Source: Octopus bimaculoides (lineage: Eukaryota). From it: 60,433 bases of DNA. The position numbers and the translations under genes were made by a program. Where the stretch lies: positions 54,761,008 through 54,821,440 of the forward strand of contig NC_068985.1 in NCBI RefSeq assembly GCF_001194135.2, in the 5' to 3' direction. Below are positions 38,701 to 51,304 of this stretch, one piece after another (position 1 is the stretch's first letter; each line of letters starts with the position of its first letter). The notes under the pieces were generated by a model. It worked only from the letters and a program-made list of their open reading frames with translations, did not search any database and was not told where the DNA came from.

Positions 38701-39441
38701 TATGTTCTAGAGATGGAGTAAAAATAATTAAAGGAAAAGTAGTTTTAACAAGGATATAGAATTATCTTGAGTTTCATAATTGGAAGCTGATTCATCTGAA
38801 AATATTAGTACACCTGCTCATTTGCTTTACCACCACTTCCATCTCTCCCACTGCATCCTCACCTTTGCCAAAAATACTTTCAAATCATCAGTCCTGTACT
38901 AAATATAATCAACCAAATATCTTTGAGTTGGTTCCACTTTGGCAAATACCTCTAAGCTTTGCTTCTTGTTCTGATGGAATAATGGTGTCTAATCATGTGA
39001 AGTTGGTCTGTTGTAGAAGAGAGAGAATGGTACAACGAAACTAAGTTCTTCTTTCCTCCACACAGTCTAATTAGTAAATGTAATAGTTAATTACTATTAT
39101 TACTATAGTCCTACATACAGTTGGTATGCTGTAGTAGCAAAGGAGATTATTGAGTCAGAGATATCCACACAAACACATCTCTCTCTCCTTCCCTTCCCCC
39201 TTTCTTTCTCTCTTCTCTTCTTCACTCTCTCTCCTGTCTCTCTTATTGTACATAATACACACACACACACACACACACACAGGCACAGTCATGGCTGTGT
39301 AGTTAAGAAGTTTGCTCCCAACCACATGGATTCATGTTCAGTCCCACTGCATGGCACTTTGGGCATTGTCTTCCACTATTGCCCCTCACCAACTAAAGCC
39401 TTGTAAGAGGATTTGGTAAACAAAAACTGAAGAAAGCTTAT

Positions 39442-39476
<35 letters not shown>

Positions 39477-39604
39477 ATGTGTGTATGTGTTTGTACCTCT
39501 GTGTCTTGACATCAGTTGATAGTCAAATGAGTATTACTGTCATACAAACGGTATCCTTCATTTCCAATTTTCTGACAAAATATGTCTGGCCATAAGGAAA
39601 TATT

Positions 39605-39870
39605 GGTGCTTCTCTCTGGCACAAAACCAAACTGCATCTCATCTAGCCTAATTCTCTTCCTAATTAATTGGGCTATGACCCTTTCTATAACTTTCATCAC
39701 CTGATCCAGCAATTTGATATCTCTGTAGTTATTCCTGTCTAAGGTGTTACCTTTGCCTTTGTAGCAGTTGACTATGGTGATGCAACACCAGTCATTGGGT
39801 ATGACTCCCTTGTGTACAGCCTGATTGATTATACAAGTGATGAGACCATAACCCACACCGCCAGATGGGT
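39605..39870 (-). mobile_element. RTE LINE RT fragment, truncating a SINE
   Basis: YGLITCIINQAVHKGVIPNDWC...YKGKGNTLDRNNYRDIKLLDQVMKVIERVIAQLIRKRIRLDEMQFGFVP, homologous to 57860-58100. Confidence 0.88.
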
Positions 39871-40789
39871 TAGCACACAGTTTCCATCTACTCACAAGGC
39901 ATTGGTCAGCCCAGTGATATTGTAGAAAACATTTGCCCTAAGTGCCTGCAGTGGAATTGAACCCCAAACCATGTGGTTACAAAATGAACTTCTTAACCAC
40001 ACATTGGATTGGTTTGTTTAAAAAATAAAATTTCTAGTCAGGAAGGAAGGCGGTGCTTATGACCCTTTACAGAGGTCTCTAAGACTAGTTGGGACAGAGG
40101 GAAGAAGGTATCCTTTTATTCCTGGAAACCTGATTCAAATATTTGCAACAGAGAGGACTTTTTTAAAGGGATTCAAGGACCAGGTGGTAGTATTACATTG
40201 AGTGATAGATCCAACCTACCACCTGTGTAGGCCCATGATGGAATATGAACTCAGAACGCCAAGAACTGGAATAAATACTACAAGACATCCAGTCTAACAT
40301 TCTTATGAGTGTATCAATTCACATTGGTACTTTTTTATTGTCCCTGAAGAGATGAATGATAAAGTTGACCATCGTGAGATTTCAACTCATAGCACAGAGA
40401 GTCAGAACGAACACCACAAGGCATTCTATCATCATCATTGTTTTAATGTTCACTTTCCATACTTGCATCAGTTAGATGTAATTGGTTGAGGCAGATTTTC
40501 TTGTCAGATGTCTTTCATTTTGTGAACCCCCACTCATTTCCAAGCGAGATAATACTTCCCCCATGACCAAACATATTTTCACAGAAGACTGGAAATGTAG
40601 GACACTGCTTGTTTGACAGTGACATACATTTGTAATTATCATGTGATGTCAAAACAAGGAGACACAAACTTTCACACATACATGCACGCGTGCGCGCACA
40701 TACACACACACACACGTACAAATTAACAAATATTAATATATATATATATCATAAAACTTTGTATATATATATATATCTCTATACACACA

Positions 40790-40872
<83 letters not shown>

Positions 40873-41386
40873 CTGAGAATGTGTGTGTGTCTGTCTGTAT
40901 GTGTGAATCCCTAAAACTCAAGAACTATCCAACCGATTTCATTCAAATTTTACACATGCATTACCTAGGGTCTATGAAGTATCATGGACCAAAACAATTT
41001 TCAACTTCTTGCCTGATGCAGGCCTGGCGCAATCTTTTAGACTGGTTCGGTATTATGTGTCAAAAGTCCGAACTCCCCATGGGGACATCAAAAGTATCCA
41101 GTGTATCCTTACGTATCCATACTTTATCACTAAAACTAATAAAAGACTTCCTAGCAGCTAATATCACTTTAATTTCTTCTCTAGTAAGCCCTGCCTTATC
41201 ATGAAAAAAATCATAGTGCCTTATTCAATATGATCGGGTTAATGGATGTATAAAAATTAGCTATATCAAAGTGAATTGAATGAATTTAGACGAATTTTTG
41301 ATATTTTGGTAACAATTACATGTTTTATCTTACCAATACATTTGGTAGATATCATTATATGAAAATATATATATATATATATATAT

Positions 41387-41650
41387 ATGTCAATGTGAAT
41401 ACCCGTCAGAGTGTAAGTATCTTGAGAGAAAAGCTGAACATTAGAAGCATCAGTTGTGGCGTGCAAGAGAGACGATTGCGCTGGTATGGACATGTGGTGA
41501 GAATGGAGGAGGATAGCTGCGTGAAAAAGTGCCACACCCTAACAGTTGAGGGAACCCGTGGAAGAGGTAGGCCCAGGAAGACCTGGGCTGAGGTGGTGAG
41601 GCAAGACCTTCGTACATTGGGCCTCACCGAGGCGATGACTACTGACCGAG
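41387..41650 (+). mobile_element. RTE LINE ORF 3' end, running into an N gap
   Basis: NVNTRQSVSILREKLNIRSISCGVQERRLRWYGHVVRMEEDSCVKKCHTLTVEGTRGRGRPRKTWAEVVRQDL with no stops; looks younger than the other copies. Confidence 0.9.
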
Positions 41651-42162
41651 NNNNNNNNNNNNNNNNNNNNNNNNNNNNNNNNNNNNNNNNNNNNNNNNNN
41701 NNNNNNNNNNNNNNNNNNNNNNNNNNNNNNNNNNNNNNNNNNNNNNNNNNNNNNNNNNNNNNNNNNNNNNNNNNNNNNNNNNNNNNNNNNNNNNNNNNNN
41801 NNNNNNNNNNNNNNNNNNNNNNNNNNNNNNNNNNNNNNNNNNNNNNNNNNNNNNNNNNNNNNNNNNNNNNNNNNNNNNNNNNNNNNNNNNNNNNNNNNNN
41901 NNNNNNNNNNNNNNNNNNNNNNNNNNNNNNNNNNNNNNNNNNNNNNNNNNNNNNNNNNNNNNNNNNNNNNNNNNNNNNNNNNNNNNNNNNNNNNNNNNNN
42001 NNNNNNNNNNNNNNNNNNNNNNNNNNNNNNNNNNNNNNNNNNNNNNNNNNNNNNNNNNNNNNNNNNNNNNNNNNNNNNNNNNNNNNNNNNNNNNNNNNNN
42101 NNNNNNNNNNNNNNNNNNNNNNNNNNNNNNNNNNNNNNNNNNNNNNNNNNNNNNNNNNNNNN
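41651..42162. other. Assembly gap (512 N)
   Basis: N run. Confidence 1.
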
Positions 42163-42228
42163 ACATACAAACTATGCCATTTTAATCCCAAGCAATGCCG
42201 GGTGTCTCTGCTAGTATATAATATAATA

Positions 42229-42278
<50 letters not shown>

Positions 42279-42932
42279 GACAGGCTTCTTTCAGTTTCTA
42301 TCTACCAAATCCACTCACAGGGCTTTGGTCAGCCCTGGGCTATAGAAGATGCCCAAAATTCTGCATTGTGGGACTGAATTCGGAACTATGCGGATGGGAA
42401 GTAAACTTCTTGACCACAAGCCATGCCTGTGCCTATCCAACGTGCTGATGATTCTATCAATGTGCAGCCTAGTGCTGGTATTTCAATAAATATTTTAAAA
42501 ATAGAACATAGAAGAAAAAAATAAAACTGTTGTTTTGCATACCATAGAATACTTAGACAGTAGATACTGCTGTCTTCCCTTCCAGCTTTATAATTATAGA
42601 GGAACTGCAAACCACATTCGATATTAGATATTTGGATCTGTATATTTTTATTAAGTCTCTAGTTCTCTTTCCATTTCATTTTATAAACAACCAGTTTGAA
42701 TTCTGAGTAATTGTCTTTTGGTAACTAAACTCCAAATCTCTTGACATTACAATGGAAATATTTAAACAATTTGTCTAAGAATACATCTGGGAAATAACAC
42801 TGGAATTCCTGCCACCAAAGGGAATTGTGCTTCAGTTTTCATTTCATTAATATTTGAATTTCTCCAAAATTAAATTCTTCAGTTTTGAAGTTTCTTCACT
42901 GTTCAGGTGCTTTTATATTTCAGAAGTTGATA

Positions 42933-43140
42933 AGGCAGTGAGCTGGCAGAATCATTAGTATGCCAGGTGAAATGTTAAGCGGTATTTCGTCTGTTTGCAT
43001 GTTCTGAGTTCAAAATCTAGTTTGTCTTTATTCCTTATAGGGTCGATAAAATAAGCATCAGTTGAGTCCTGGGGTTGATGTAATCGACTTACCCTCCCAT
43101 GAAATTGATGGCATTGTGCTAACATTTGAAACCAGTATTT
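42933..43140 (+). mobile_element. SINE family B
   Basis: Same core as the 46-47 kb array. Confidence 0.8.
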
Positions 43141-43234
43141 CAGTAGTTAATTAAAGATGTCAATTAAAATTTACCACATGTTAAATTTTTTATACATTTG
43201 TTAATTTTTTTACATTTGTTAATTATAATAAGGC

Positions 43235-43628
43235 TCAGTCATGGTCATGTGGTTAAACAGTTTACTTTCCAACCATGTAGTTTCAGCACCTATGGCAAGT
43301 ATCTTCTATTATAGCCCTGGGCAGACCAAAGTGAGTGATTTGAATGAAGGAAATTGAAAGAAGCCATCATACATGTATATGCATATGTTTTTGTGCCTCC
43401 TTGTCTTCACATTATGTGACAGATGTAAATGAGTGTCACTGTCATACAGGTGGTGAAATTCATTTCCAATCTTTGATAAAAACATATTTAGTTATGGGGA
43501 AATAGCACCTTACGCAGAAATAGGTGAGAGTTGGTGACAGGAAGGGCATCTGGCTCTAGAAAGTCTACCTTGACAAATTCCATCTGATCCATGCAAATAT
43601 GGGAAGTGGACATTAAAACAACGGTGAT
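43235..43628 (+). mobile_element. SINE family A, tail type 2
   Basis: Ends gttggtgacaggaagggcatctggctctagaaa...catgcaaatatgggaagtggacattaaaac. Confidence 0.8.
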
Positions 43629-44646
43629 GTAAATGATACTAGTAATAATTCTGTTAACTACTATAAATCTGCTAAGTTGTTAATTTTTATTGGCCTGTTA
43701 GTCATTATATGTCTGTTAATTATTATATAGCTACAAATTTTTACATGTCTACCTATTTTATTCTTATGAGATAATTATGAATTCTATTTCCTACTCTTCC
43801 TACTGCTATTCCTTTTATGTAACAATTCTACTGTGTTCTGTCCTGGCCTAATTTAGTTATTTTCTTGAACCAAAGCACCCTCTTCCCTGCCTCCACTATC
43901 AAAAGACAAGAGGGTGGTTGTGGCCAGTATTGTTGCTATGCTGCATAAAAATCCGACTGCAACCGGGCAACAGTATTGTTGCTATGCTGAATGGGGAAAG
44001 AGAGGAAAAAGAGCTCCATAAAAAATAGCTGTTTGTGAAAGAAAAGGGTTGGAGGTAAAGGGAGAGGAACAGAATGTTGATTTGAATGAGATGTGGGTTA
44101 AAGATTAAGAAAATTGCTTTGAATAACTGAAAAGACAAAAATTCTTTCTCAGGTTGATTTCCTGTATTTGTCACATAAAACCAATCGTCTACATGGCATT
44201 TTTATGTATTTAGATTGTAATTATTGCAATAAGTTTCATAGGGGTAGGCAGCCCCAGACTGGCCAGTGCTTTGCTTTGTGAGTGGATTTGGTCAGTGGAA
44301 ACTGAGAGAAGCTTGTCATGTGTGTGTAAGCTGTATGTATATGGGGGCTGTATGCGTGTGTTTGGAGTTTATATATGCATGCATGTGGAGGTGTGTGTGG
44401 GATGTATATGTGTAGGTGATTGTGTGTTTGTGGATGTCTGTGTGTATATTTAAATGACATTTTGCAGGTCCACTTGTCACCATCTGAACAAAATAATGAT
44501 ATGACGTTTACATTCCTCGTTGACATTATGACTGGCCACTGGTCCAATCCATACTAGCATGGAACATGGGTGTCTAATTGCTGCTGATAATATACATGTA
44601 CAAGGAATCAGAAGTAGTCCTGTAAGAGTCGTTAATGTAATAAATG

Positions 44647-44698
<52 letters not shown>

Positions 44699-46198
44699 CA
44701 TGCATGTAATCTGGAAAAGTTAGGATTCTCAGAAACAGAAATCAACTTGTTAGCATGCACATTACAAATACAATCTATAAGTGGAACAAAAAGAACATAC
44801 AAGACTTTTCTTAAATTCACCGTGTGACATTGTTTTTGTCATTTGCATCCCCATGATGGAGCTTTGTATCTTTGTTAGAAGTCAACCTCCCTTACAGGAA
44901 GATTTCAAATAATTAAAAATAGAAGCAAAAATACATATGCTCATATACATGATGATTGCATCTGCTTGAAGATGATAGCTGTCTCAATTAATCTACATCA
45001 TTCCAAGAATCTCTTACTTTATTTTCAAAGACCAGTCATCATCATCATCATCATCATACATCTGTTGTCTAAGCTGGCATGGGTTGGACGGTTTGACTAG
45101 AGCTGGCAAGCTGGGTAGCTGTACCAGACCCCAGTCTGATTTGGCATGGTTTCTATGGCTGGATGCCCTTCCTAACACCAATCACTTTACAGTATGTGCT
45201 GGGCACTTTTATGTAGCACTGCATGGATGTTTTTATGTAGTGCTGCACTGGCACTTTTACGTGGCACTGCCACAAGTGCTTTTCACTACCAGAGGCAGTA
45301 GGAAGAAAAAAAAATCCTGTACATGAGATACAGATAAAGGTTGAGAGCAAGAAGAGTAACATGTTTTCCTCCAGCCCTTGCCATCATGGATGAATTGATT
45401 TCAATGAATTAACAATTTTCATCAGGCTGTGTAACACTTTTCAGATGATTAGCTCTCTTCTACAGCATAAAGCACTTTTTTTAATATTTACAACTACAGT
45501 ACATTGTGATTGGTTTAATCTCTCTTCATCATCACATTACCTTTGTTTCCTAGATGTGTACATTGTTTAGAAATAAAGATCTCCGGTTCAAATCCAGTTA
45601 GGTAGTAAGAACTATGAATGCTCTTATTCAAATTATATCAGGTCAACTTTGCCCTTTCTTTGTTTCAGATATATCAATATTTATTTAGTTGATTATACTC
45701 CTATTTTTATACACCTCTTGTAACTTTTGTGTCAGCATAACAAATTATTATTATTATTTTATGTTTGACTTTTGCTTTGCATTTGTACAAGTTGGATCCA
45801 AGTCTCACCCAGAGACCTCAAGAGACAACAAGTTAGAAGTTCATGTAGGTGTTATGCCTAGGGTACCATATATTTCGATTTGTACATAGTGTTGTTCTAG
45901 TGAATGTTTAAGAAACCATAAGAAAATTATGTGTTTGTTTTAAAATTTGAGATCACATAGACAGTATTTTACGTAGGATATGGGCAGTTCCCATGAGCAC
46001 TATCTTTTGAACTTCAGCCATTTTGGGGTTTCCTGGTATCTGAGCTAGGTAGTAATCAGCCCGTTTCGCTGTCATTCCCAGGGCACCTATGACAATAGGT
46101 ATTGTTTTAGTCTTCAGATTCCACATTTTGCTAATTTCTTCTTATTATTATTATAATTATTATTATTATCATTATCATCATCATTATTATTATTATTA

Positions 46199-47830
46199 AG
46201 GTGGCAAGTTGGCAGAATCATTGCTGTGCCAAATGAAATGCTTAAAGACATTTCATCTATCTTTACATTCTGAGTTCAAATTCTGCAGAAGTTGACTTTA
46301 CCTTCCGTCTTTTCAGGGTTGAAAAAAAAAAGGCACCAGTTGAATACTGGGGTCAGAGTAATCGACTTACTCCATCCCCTCAAATTTCAGGCCTTGTGCC
46401 CATACTAGAAAAGATTATTATTAACCCTTTCACTACCAACCCAGCTGAAACTGGCTCTGGCTCTGAGTACAAATGTCTTGTTTGCATAAGTGTTGAATTA
46501 AAATCTTCCACCAAACCTTAGTCACAATTTATGTTCCTAATACTAGCTGAATGATAACTAAGTTATTTTACTACATTCTTTGTTATATTTAAAGTAATTG
46601 AAAGAAACACAGAGCATCTCAAAATAAATACAGTAATGAAAGGGTTAAGGTTGCAAGCTGACAGAATCATTACCATGCTGGCAGAATGTGTTGTTATTCA
46701 GGTGGTGAGCAAGCAGAATCATTACAATACTAGACAAAATGCTTAGTGATATCTCTTCCAGTGCTTTACGTTTGGAGTTCAAATGCTGCTGAGGTCAGCT
46801 TTGCTTTTCATCCTTTTGTGGTCAATAAAATATGAACCACTCAGATACTGGGGGTTAATGTAAATGACTAACCACTCTAAAATTGCTGCCCTTGTGGAAA
46901 AATTTGAAACCATTATTATTATTATTGGTACTTTTTTATGGCTTGGAAAAATTTATTTTGAATTGTATTTTTATGTTTTTTTGTTATAACTTTATAGTTG
47001 TTGTTGTTTCCCTTTTGATAGTTGTAAACCACATTTTTTGTGTGTTTTATGTCATTGTTTCATATTGTCTGCCATGTCTTGGGCCCTTGTGGCCAATACA
47101 TGGAATCATTATTTTTATTATTATTGTTAAGGTGGTGAGCTGGCAGAATTGTTAGCATGCATTCAAAATGCTTAGCAGCATTTCATCCATCATTATGTTC
47201 TGAGTTCAAATTCCACCAAGGTTGACTTTGCCTTTCATCCTTTTAGGGTTGAAATAAATACCAGCTGAGCACTGGAGTTGATGTAATTGACTAGCCCCTC
47301 CCCCTCCCCTAAATTTCAGCCCTTATGCTTATAGCAGAAAGGATTATTATTATTATTACTATTATTATTATTATTGCTATTATTATTATTATTATTATTA
47401 TAGGCAGCAAGCTGGAAGAATCATTAGCATGCTGGGCAAAATGCATTTCGTCTGTCTTTACATTCTGAGTTCAAATTCTGCTGGGGTCGACTTTCAGGGT
47501 TGATATATTAAGTACCAGTGAAACACTGAAGTTGATGTAATCGACTAGTCCCTTTCCCCAAAATTTCAGGTCTTATGCCTATAGTAGAAATTATTATTGT
47601 TAAGGCGGTGAGCTGGTAGAATCATTAGCGTGCTGGACGAAATGTTTAGTGGTATTTTGCCCATCATATGTTCTAAGTTCAAATTCCTCCGAGGTTGACT
47701 TTGCCTTTCATTCTTTTGGGGTCAGTAAAATAAATACCAATTGAACACTGGGGTCAATGTAATCAACTTATCCCCTCTCCCCAAAATTGCTGTCCTTGTG
47801 GCAAAACTTGAAACGATTATTATTATTATT
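46199..47830 (+). repeat. Head-to-tail array of SINE family B (five near-full copies plus one stub) separated by (ATT)n
   Basis: Copies start at ~46199, 46647 (stub), 46701, 47129, 47401 and 47601, each ending in (ATT)n. Two tail variants (aatttcaggcc..agtagaaagg and aattgctg.cc..aatttgaaac). Confidence 0.88.
46421..46648. mobile_element. 220-bp piggyBac-type MITE with TTAA target duplication (second family)
   Basis: TTAA-CCCTTTCACTAC (46425) ... GTAATGAAAGGG (46644)-TTAA. 11/12 TIR match and both TTAA intact. Confidence 0.8.
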
Positions 47831-47856
47831 ATTATTATTACTATTGTTAATTTCAG

Positions 47857-48012
47857 TTCTGTGAATCTATGCGGAAGCCATTATTGTGTGTTGTTGTGGC
47901 ATTGGCTTCATTCAGTGAAGGATACAACGAAACGACTAATTTTATGAAGTTTGCATACTCTGTACTGAGTACTGGGAAGTATTTATTGGATCCAGAACTG
48001 AGAGCACGTCAG
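47857..48012 (+). CDS. LIPE: Hormone-sensitive lipase coding exon 3 (52 codons)
   Basis: Acceptor aatttcag|TTC and donor CGTCAG|GTGTGT. Encodes FCESMRKPLLCVVVALASFSEGY...GKYLLDPELRARQ, aligning with human [23 protein letters not shown]...GRFAIDPELRGAE. In frame with exon 2. Confidence 0.92.
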
Positions 48013-48034
48013 GTGTGTAGCCATTATTACAGTG

Positions 48035-48830
48035 GAGAGCATCACTCCTGTTATTATTCTTGTCACTGCTGTTATTCTAATTGTCATCTCTCTCATTATG
48101 ATCATCATTATAATCATCATTGTCATCAGCATTGTTAACTTCATTGAATTTCTTATCTTTGTTGTCATTATTGTTGTTGTCATCATTGTTGTTGTCATTA
48201 TTGTCATCGTTACTATATTACCATCACTGTCATCATCATTGTCATCAACACAATCATAATTGTTATCTTTGTCTTTTTTCCACTTTGTCATGATCATTGT
48301 CATCTCCACTATTGTCGTCATCATTTTCATTGTCGTCATCAGTCATCATCGACATCATAATCATTTTTGTGATCATCATTCTCTTCACTGTCTTCACCAT
48401 CGTTACTATTACTGTTGTCATTCTTGTCCTCATAATCATTGTCATTATCCTCCTCTTTCTCATCATCATCACCATCACTATCATCTTAATCATCATAATC
48501 GTCATTGTTGTCACTTTCATTCTCTTCATCATCACTATCATCATTGTTGTCACTATTATCATTGTCATCATCATCATCATCATTTCCATCATTGGTGTCA
48601 ACACAGTCATGTATANNNNNNNNNNNNNNNNNNNNNNNNNNNNNNNNNNNNNNNNNNNNNNNNNNNNNNNNNNNNNNNNNNNNNNNNNNNNNNNNNNNNN
48701 NNNNNNNNNNNNNNNNNNNNNNNNNNNNNNNNNNNNNNNNNNNNNNNNNNNNNNNNNNNNNNNNNNNNNNNNNNNNNNNNNNNNNNNNNNNNNNNNNNNN
48801 NNNNNCGATGATGATGATGATGATGATTTA
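48035..48830. repeat. Degenerate (ATC/GTC/ATT)n trinucleotide tract filling most of LIPE intron 3
   Basis: Read directly from sequence; interrupted by N gap 48616-48805. Confidence 0.9.
48616..48805. other. Assembly gap (190 N)
   Basis: N run. Confidence 1.
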
Positions 48831-48923
48831 TACACCCACACACAAGTAAACAATTAACTGTGTACTTAATCTGTTTGGCTCTGTGCTAAGATATAGTTTG
48901 TTATTGCTTTTCCTTGTTCCTAG

Positions 48924-49001
48924 GTGGTCCACGTTGCAAGAAGTGCTGACATTCAGTTCTGTAAATCATTCTGGTCCCTCCTTGAGACTGATATTTCTTC
49001 A
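48924..49001 (+). CDS. LIPE: Hormone-sensitive lipase coding exon 4 (26 codons); gene continues beyond the window
   Basis: Acceptor ttccttgttcctag|GTG and donor TCA|GTAAGT. Encodes VVHVARSADIQFCKSFWSLLETDISS, comparable to human [24 protein letters not shown]. Confidence 0.9.
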
Positions 49002-49416
49002 GTAAGTATTTCACATTTCATTAACTTCAAGGGCAAAACAGGTGTTTTGGGGTTTGTTTTTGTTGTGTGCTTGTTTTGTTGTTTTATTTTTAGCATTACA
49101 TGTGTGTATATATATATAGATATGTGTGTGTGTTGTGTGTATAAGTTTATGTATGTGTGTGTATGTATGTGTGTGTGTATGTATGTTAGGTGGACAGGAA
49201 AAGTGCTTCAAGGACACACTCAAAGTGCTTTGAGATCAACCCTGACACCTGGGAAACACAAGCACAAGATTGCCCTGCCTCTAACCACTAAGCCACACAC
49301 CTTCATGTACCTAAAGCAATTGCCTGAAACATGGTAGTTGTTATCAGTCATACTGGTTTGCATGTGACTGCTATGAATCTGTGTTTCATTGAGCGTGTGA
49401 ATATTGTATTTTTGCA

Positions 49417-49640
49417 AGGTGGTGAGCTGGCAGAAACGTTAGCATGCCGGGCAAAATGCTTAGCGGTATTTCGTCTGTCTTTACGTACAGAGTTCAAATT
49501 CCACTGAGGTCAGCTTTGCCTTTCATCCTTTCGGGATCAATAAATTAAGTACCAGTTGCGTACTGGGGTCAATCTTATTGACTGGCCCCCTCCTCCCCCA
49601 AAATTTTGGGCCTTGTGCTTAGCGTAGAAAAGAATATTGT
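49417..49640 (+). mobile_element. SINE family B, young copy
   Basis: CpG-retaining and flanked by near-duplicated gaatattgt(t)atttttg, a probable TSD. Confidence 0.85.
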
Positions 49641-49855
49641 ATTTTTGTCATACAAATCAACATAGTGTATAGTGTAAACTTGTAGAGTAAACATTCAAAC
49701 ACCATCACTGTCTTTCTAAAGCCTGCTGCATTTCACTTGGAAATTTTGGTTCTCCAAACTTGTCTTGGTGTATAAGTCTGTCTGTGGAGGCACGCGGCTT
49801 AGTGGTTAGGGTGTCAGCATCATGATCGTAAGATTGTGGTTTCGATTCCTGGACC

Positions 49856-49865
49856 NNNNNNNNNN
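49856..49865. other. 10-N gap flanked by an exact 169-bp duplication
   Basis: 49687-49855 is identical to 49866-50034. Confidence 1.
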
Positions 49866-49962
49866 GTAAACATTCAAACACCATCACTGTCTTTCTAAAG
49901 CCTGCTGCATTTCACTTGGAAATTTTGGTTCTCCAAACTTGTCTTGGTGTATAAGTCTGTCT

Positions 49963-50222
49963 GTGGAGGCACGCGGCTTAGTGGTTAGGGTGTCAGCATC
50001 ATGATCGTAAGATTGTGGTTTCGATTCCTGGACCGGACGACGCGTTGTGTTCTTGAGCAAAACACTTCACTTCACATTGCTCCAGTCCACTCAGCTGGCA
50101 AAAATGAGTAACGCTGTGATGGACTGGCGTCCCGTCCAGCTGGGGAAAACATACACCATTGAAACCGGGAAACCGGGCCCATGAGCGTGGCTAGGCTTTA
50201 AAAGGGCGCATTTATTTTATTT
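49963..50222 (+). mobile_element. tRNA-derived SINE family C (CORE-like centre), young copy with TSD
   Basis: A-box-like cttagtggttagg, B-box-like gtttcgattcc, gtgttcttgagcaaaacactt...ctccagtccactcagctgg core; TSD TATAAGTCT(G/A)TCT at 49950-49962 and 50223-50235. Older relatives at ~4748, ~24440 and ~27215. Confidence 0.8.
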
Positions 50223-50514
50223 TATAAGTCTATCTACCATTTTTTGGCCGTAAATTTCGTTCTGAAGAATTTAACTTGTGTGTTGGAAAATATGGTAGTT
50301 GAATGAATGTCTCTGCTTACTTGCAGGAACATTTTGATGACATTGCAGAGGATTCTTAGGCAGTGCAATTAACTGGGGGCATCTAGATATTGGGGACCTT
50401 AAACTGAAAACTTAGAAAATGTGGCTCTTCAGGGCAACTGCTTATTATACACATGTCTTAAGGTGACACTGGTTACATGTATGACATAATTCACATGTAA
50501 TTTTATGTATACAT

Positions 50515-50930
50515 GTGAAGGTGCAGGCATGGCTTTTTGGTTAAGAAACTTGCTTCCCAACCCAACCATGTGGTCTCCAATTCAGTCCAACTGCATATCA
50601 ACCTTGGGCAAATGTTTTCTACTATAATCCCTGAGCTGAACAAAGTCTTGTGAGTGGATTTCGTAGGTGGAAACTGAAAAAAACAATTGTGTGTGTGTGT
50701 GTATATGTATATATATACACATGTGCGTGCGAATGCGCACACACGCAATCACACACAAACGCACACACACGTGCGTGTGTTTGTGTGTACCTTTGTTTTG
50801 CCTTGTCTCAACATCATGTGAGCGTTGGTGACAGGAAGGGGATCTGGCTGTAGAAGATCAGCCTCAACAAACCCCATCTGACCCATACAAGCATGGAAAA
50901 GTGAATTTTTTAAATGATGATAGTGACGAT
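50515..50930 (+). mobile_element. SINE family A, tail type 2 (internally deleted)
   Basis: Head, (TG)n, then RTE-like 3' end with gatgat tail. Confidence 0.78.
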
Positions 50931-50979
50931 GTCCTCATCATAGATGTGCAGTAATAGATATGTGTATATAATTAATAAG

Positions 50980-51011
<32 letters not shown>

Positions 51012-51259
51012 AATTAAATTTTTTTAAAAACATATAATTATAAAATATAATTATAATTAAGGGCTACTGGATATGACTAGCAACCTGCACTAGAAGTAGA
51101 TGCCGAATACCTACAATCCAATCTAAGATTTGTTCTCTATATTTATTTTATAAATATCCTTATTTTATCACCATCATCATCATCATCGTCGTTTAACGTC
51201 CGCTTTCCATGCGAGCATGGATTGGACGATTTGACTGAGGACTGGTGAAACCAGATGGC

Positions 51260-51304
<45 letters not shown>

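Larger units (their letters stand above)
40776..42214 (+). mobile_element. Probable non-autonomous Helitron, containing a nested RTE fragment and an assembly gap
   Basis: 5' A|TC, microsatellite, then tgtctgtctgtatgtg...aactatccaaccgatttcattcaaatttt (typical Helitron-N 5' block). 3' GC hairpin cccaagcaatgccggg (42187-42202), then CTAG|T (42211-42215). Linkage of the two ends across the gap is inferred. Confidence 0.55.

Noticed and set aside
41320-42345. Long ORFs spanning N runs (also 34.0-34.6 kb and 48.2-48.9 kb)
   Set aside because: Length is an artefact of X residues. Only the 41387-41650 RTE part is real coding-derived sequence.
47983-48857. His-, Asp- or Met-rich ORFs in LIPE intron 3
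   Set aside because: Degenerate (ATC)n-type tract translated in several frames; no splice or homology support.
49687-50034. Exact 169-bp tandem duplication
   Set aside because: Identical copies on either side of a 10-N gap: the signature of unmerged overlapping contig ends.
49963-50045. tRNA-like sequences here and at the heads of families A and B and at 8840-8900
   Set aside because: A/B-box-like motifs continue into SINE bodies and no complete cloverleaf with acceptor stem is evident. Called SINE heads, not tRNA genes.
50327-50359. Candidate LIPE exon 5 after cttgcag
   Set aside because: Phase-0 frame stops after 10 codons and has no HSL similarity.
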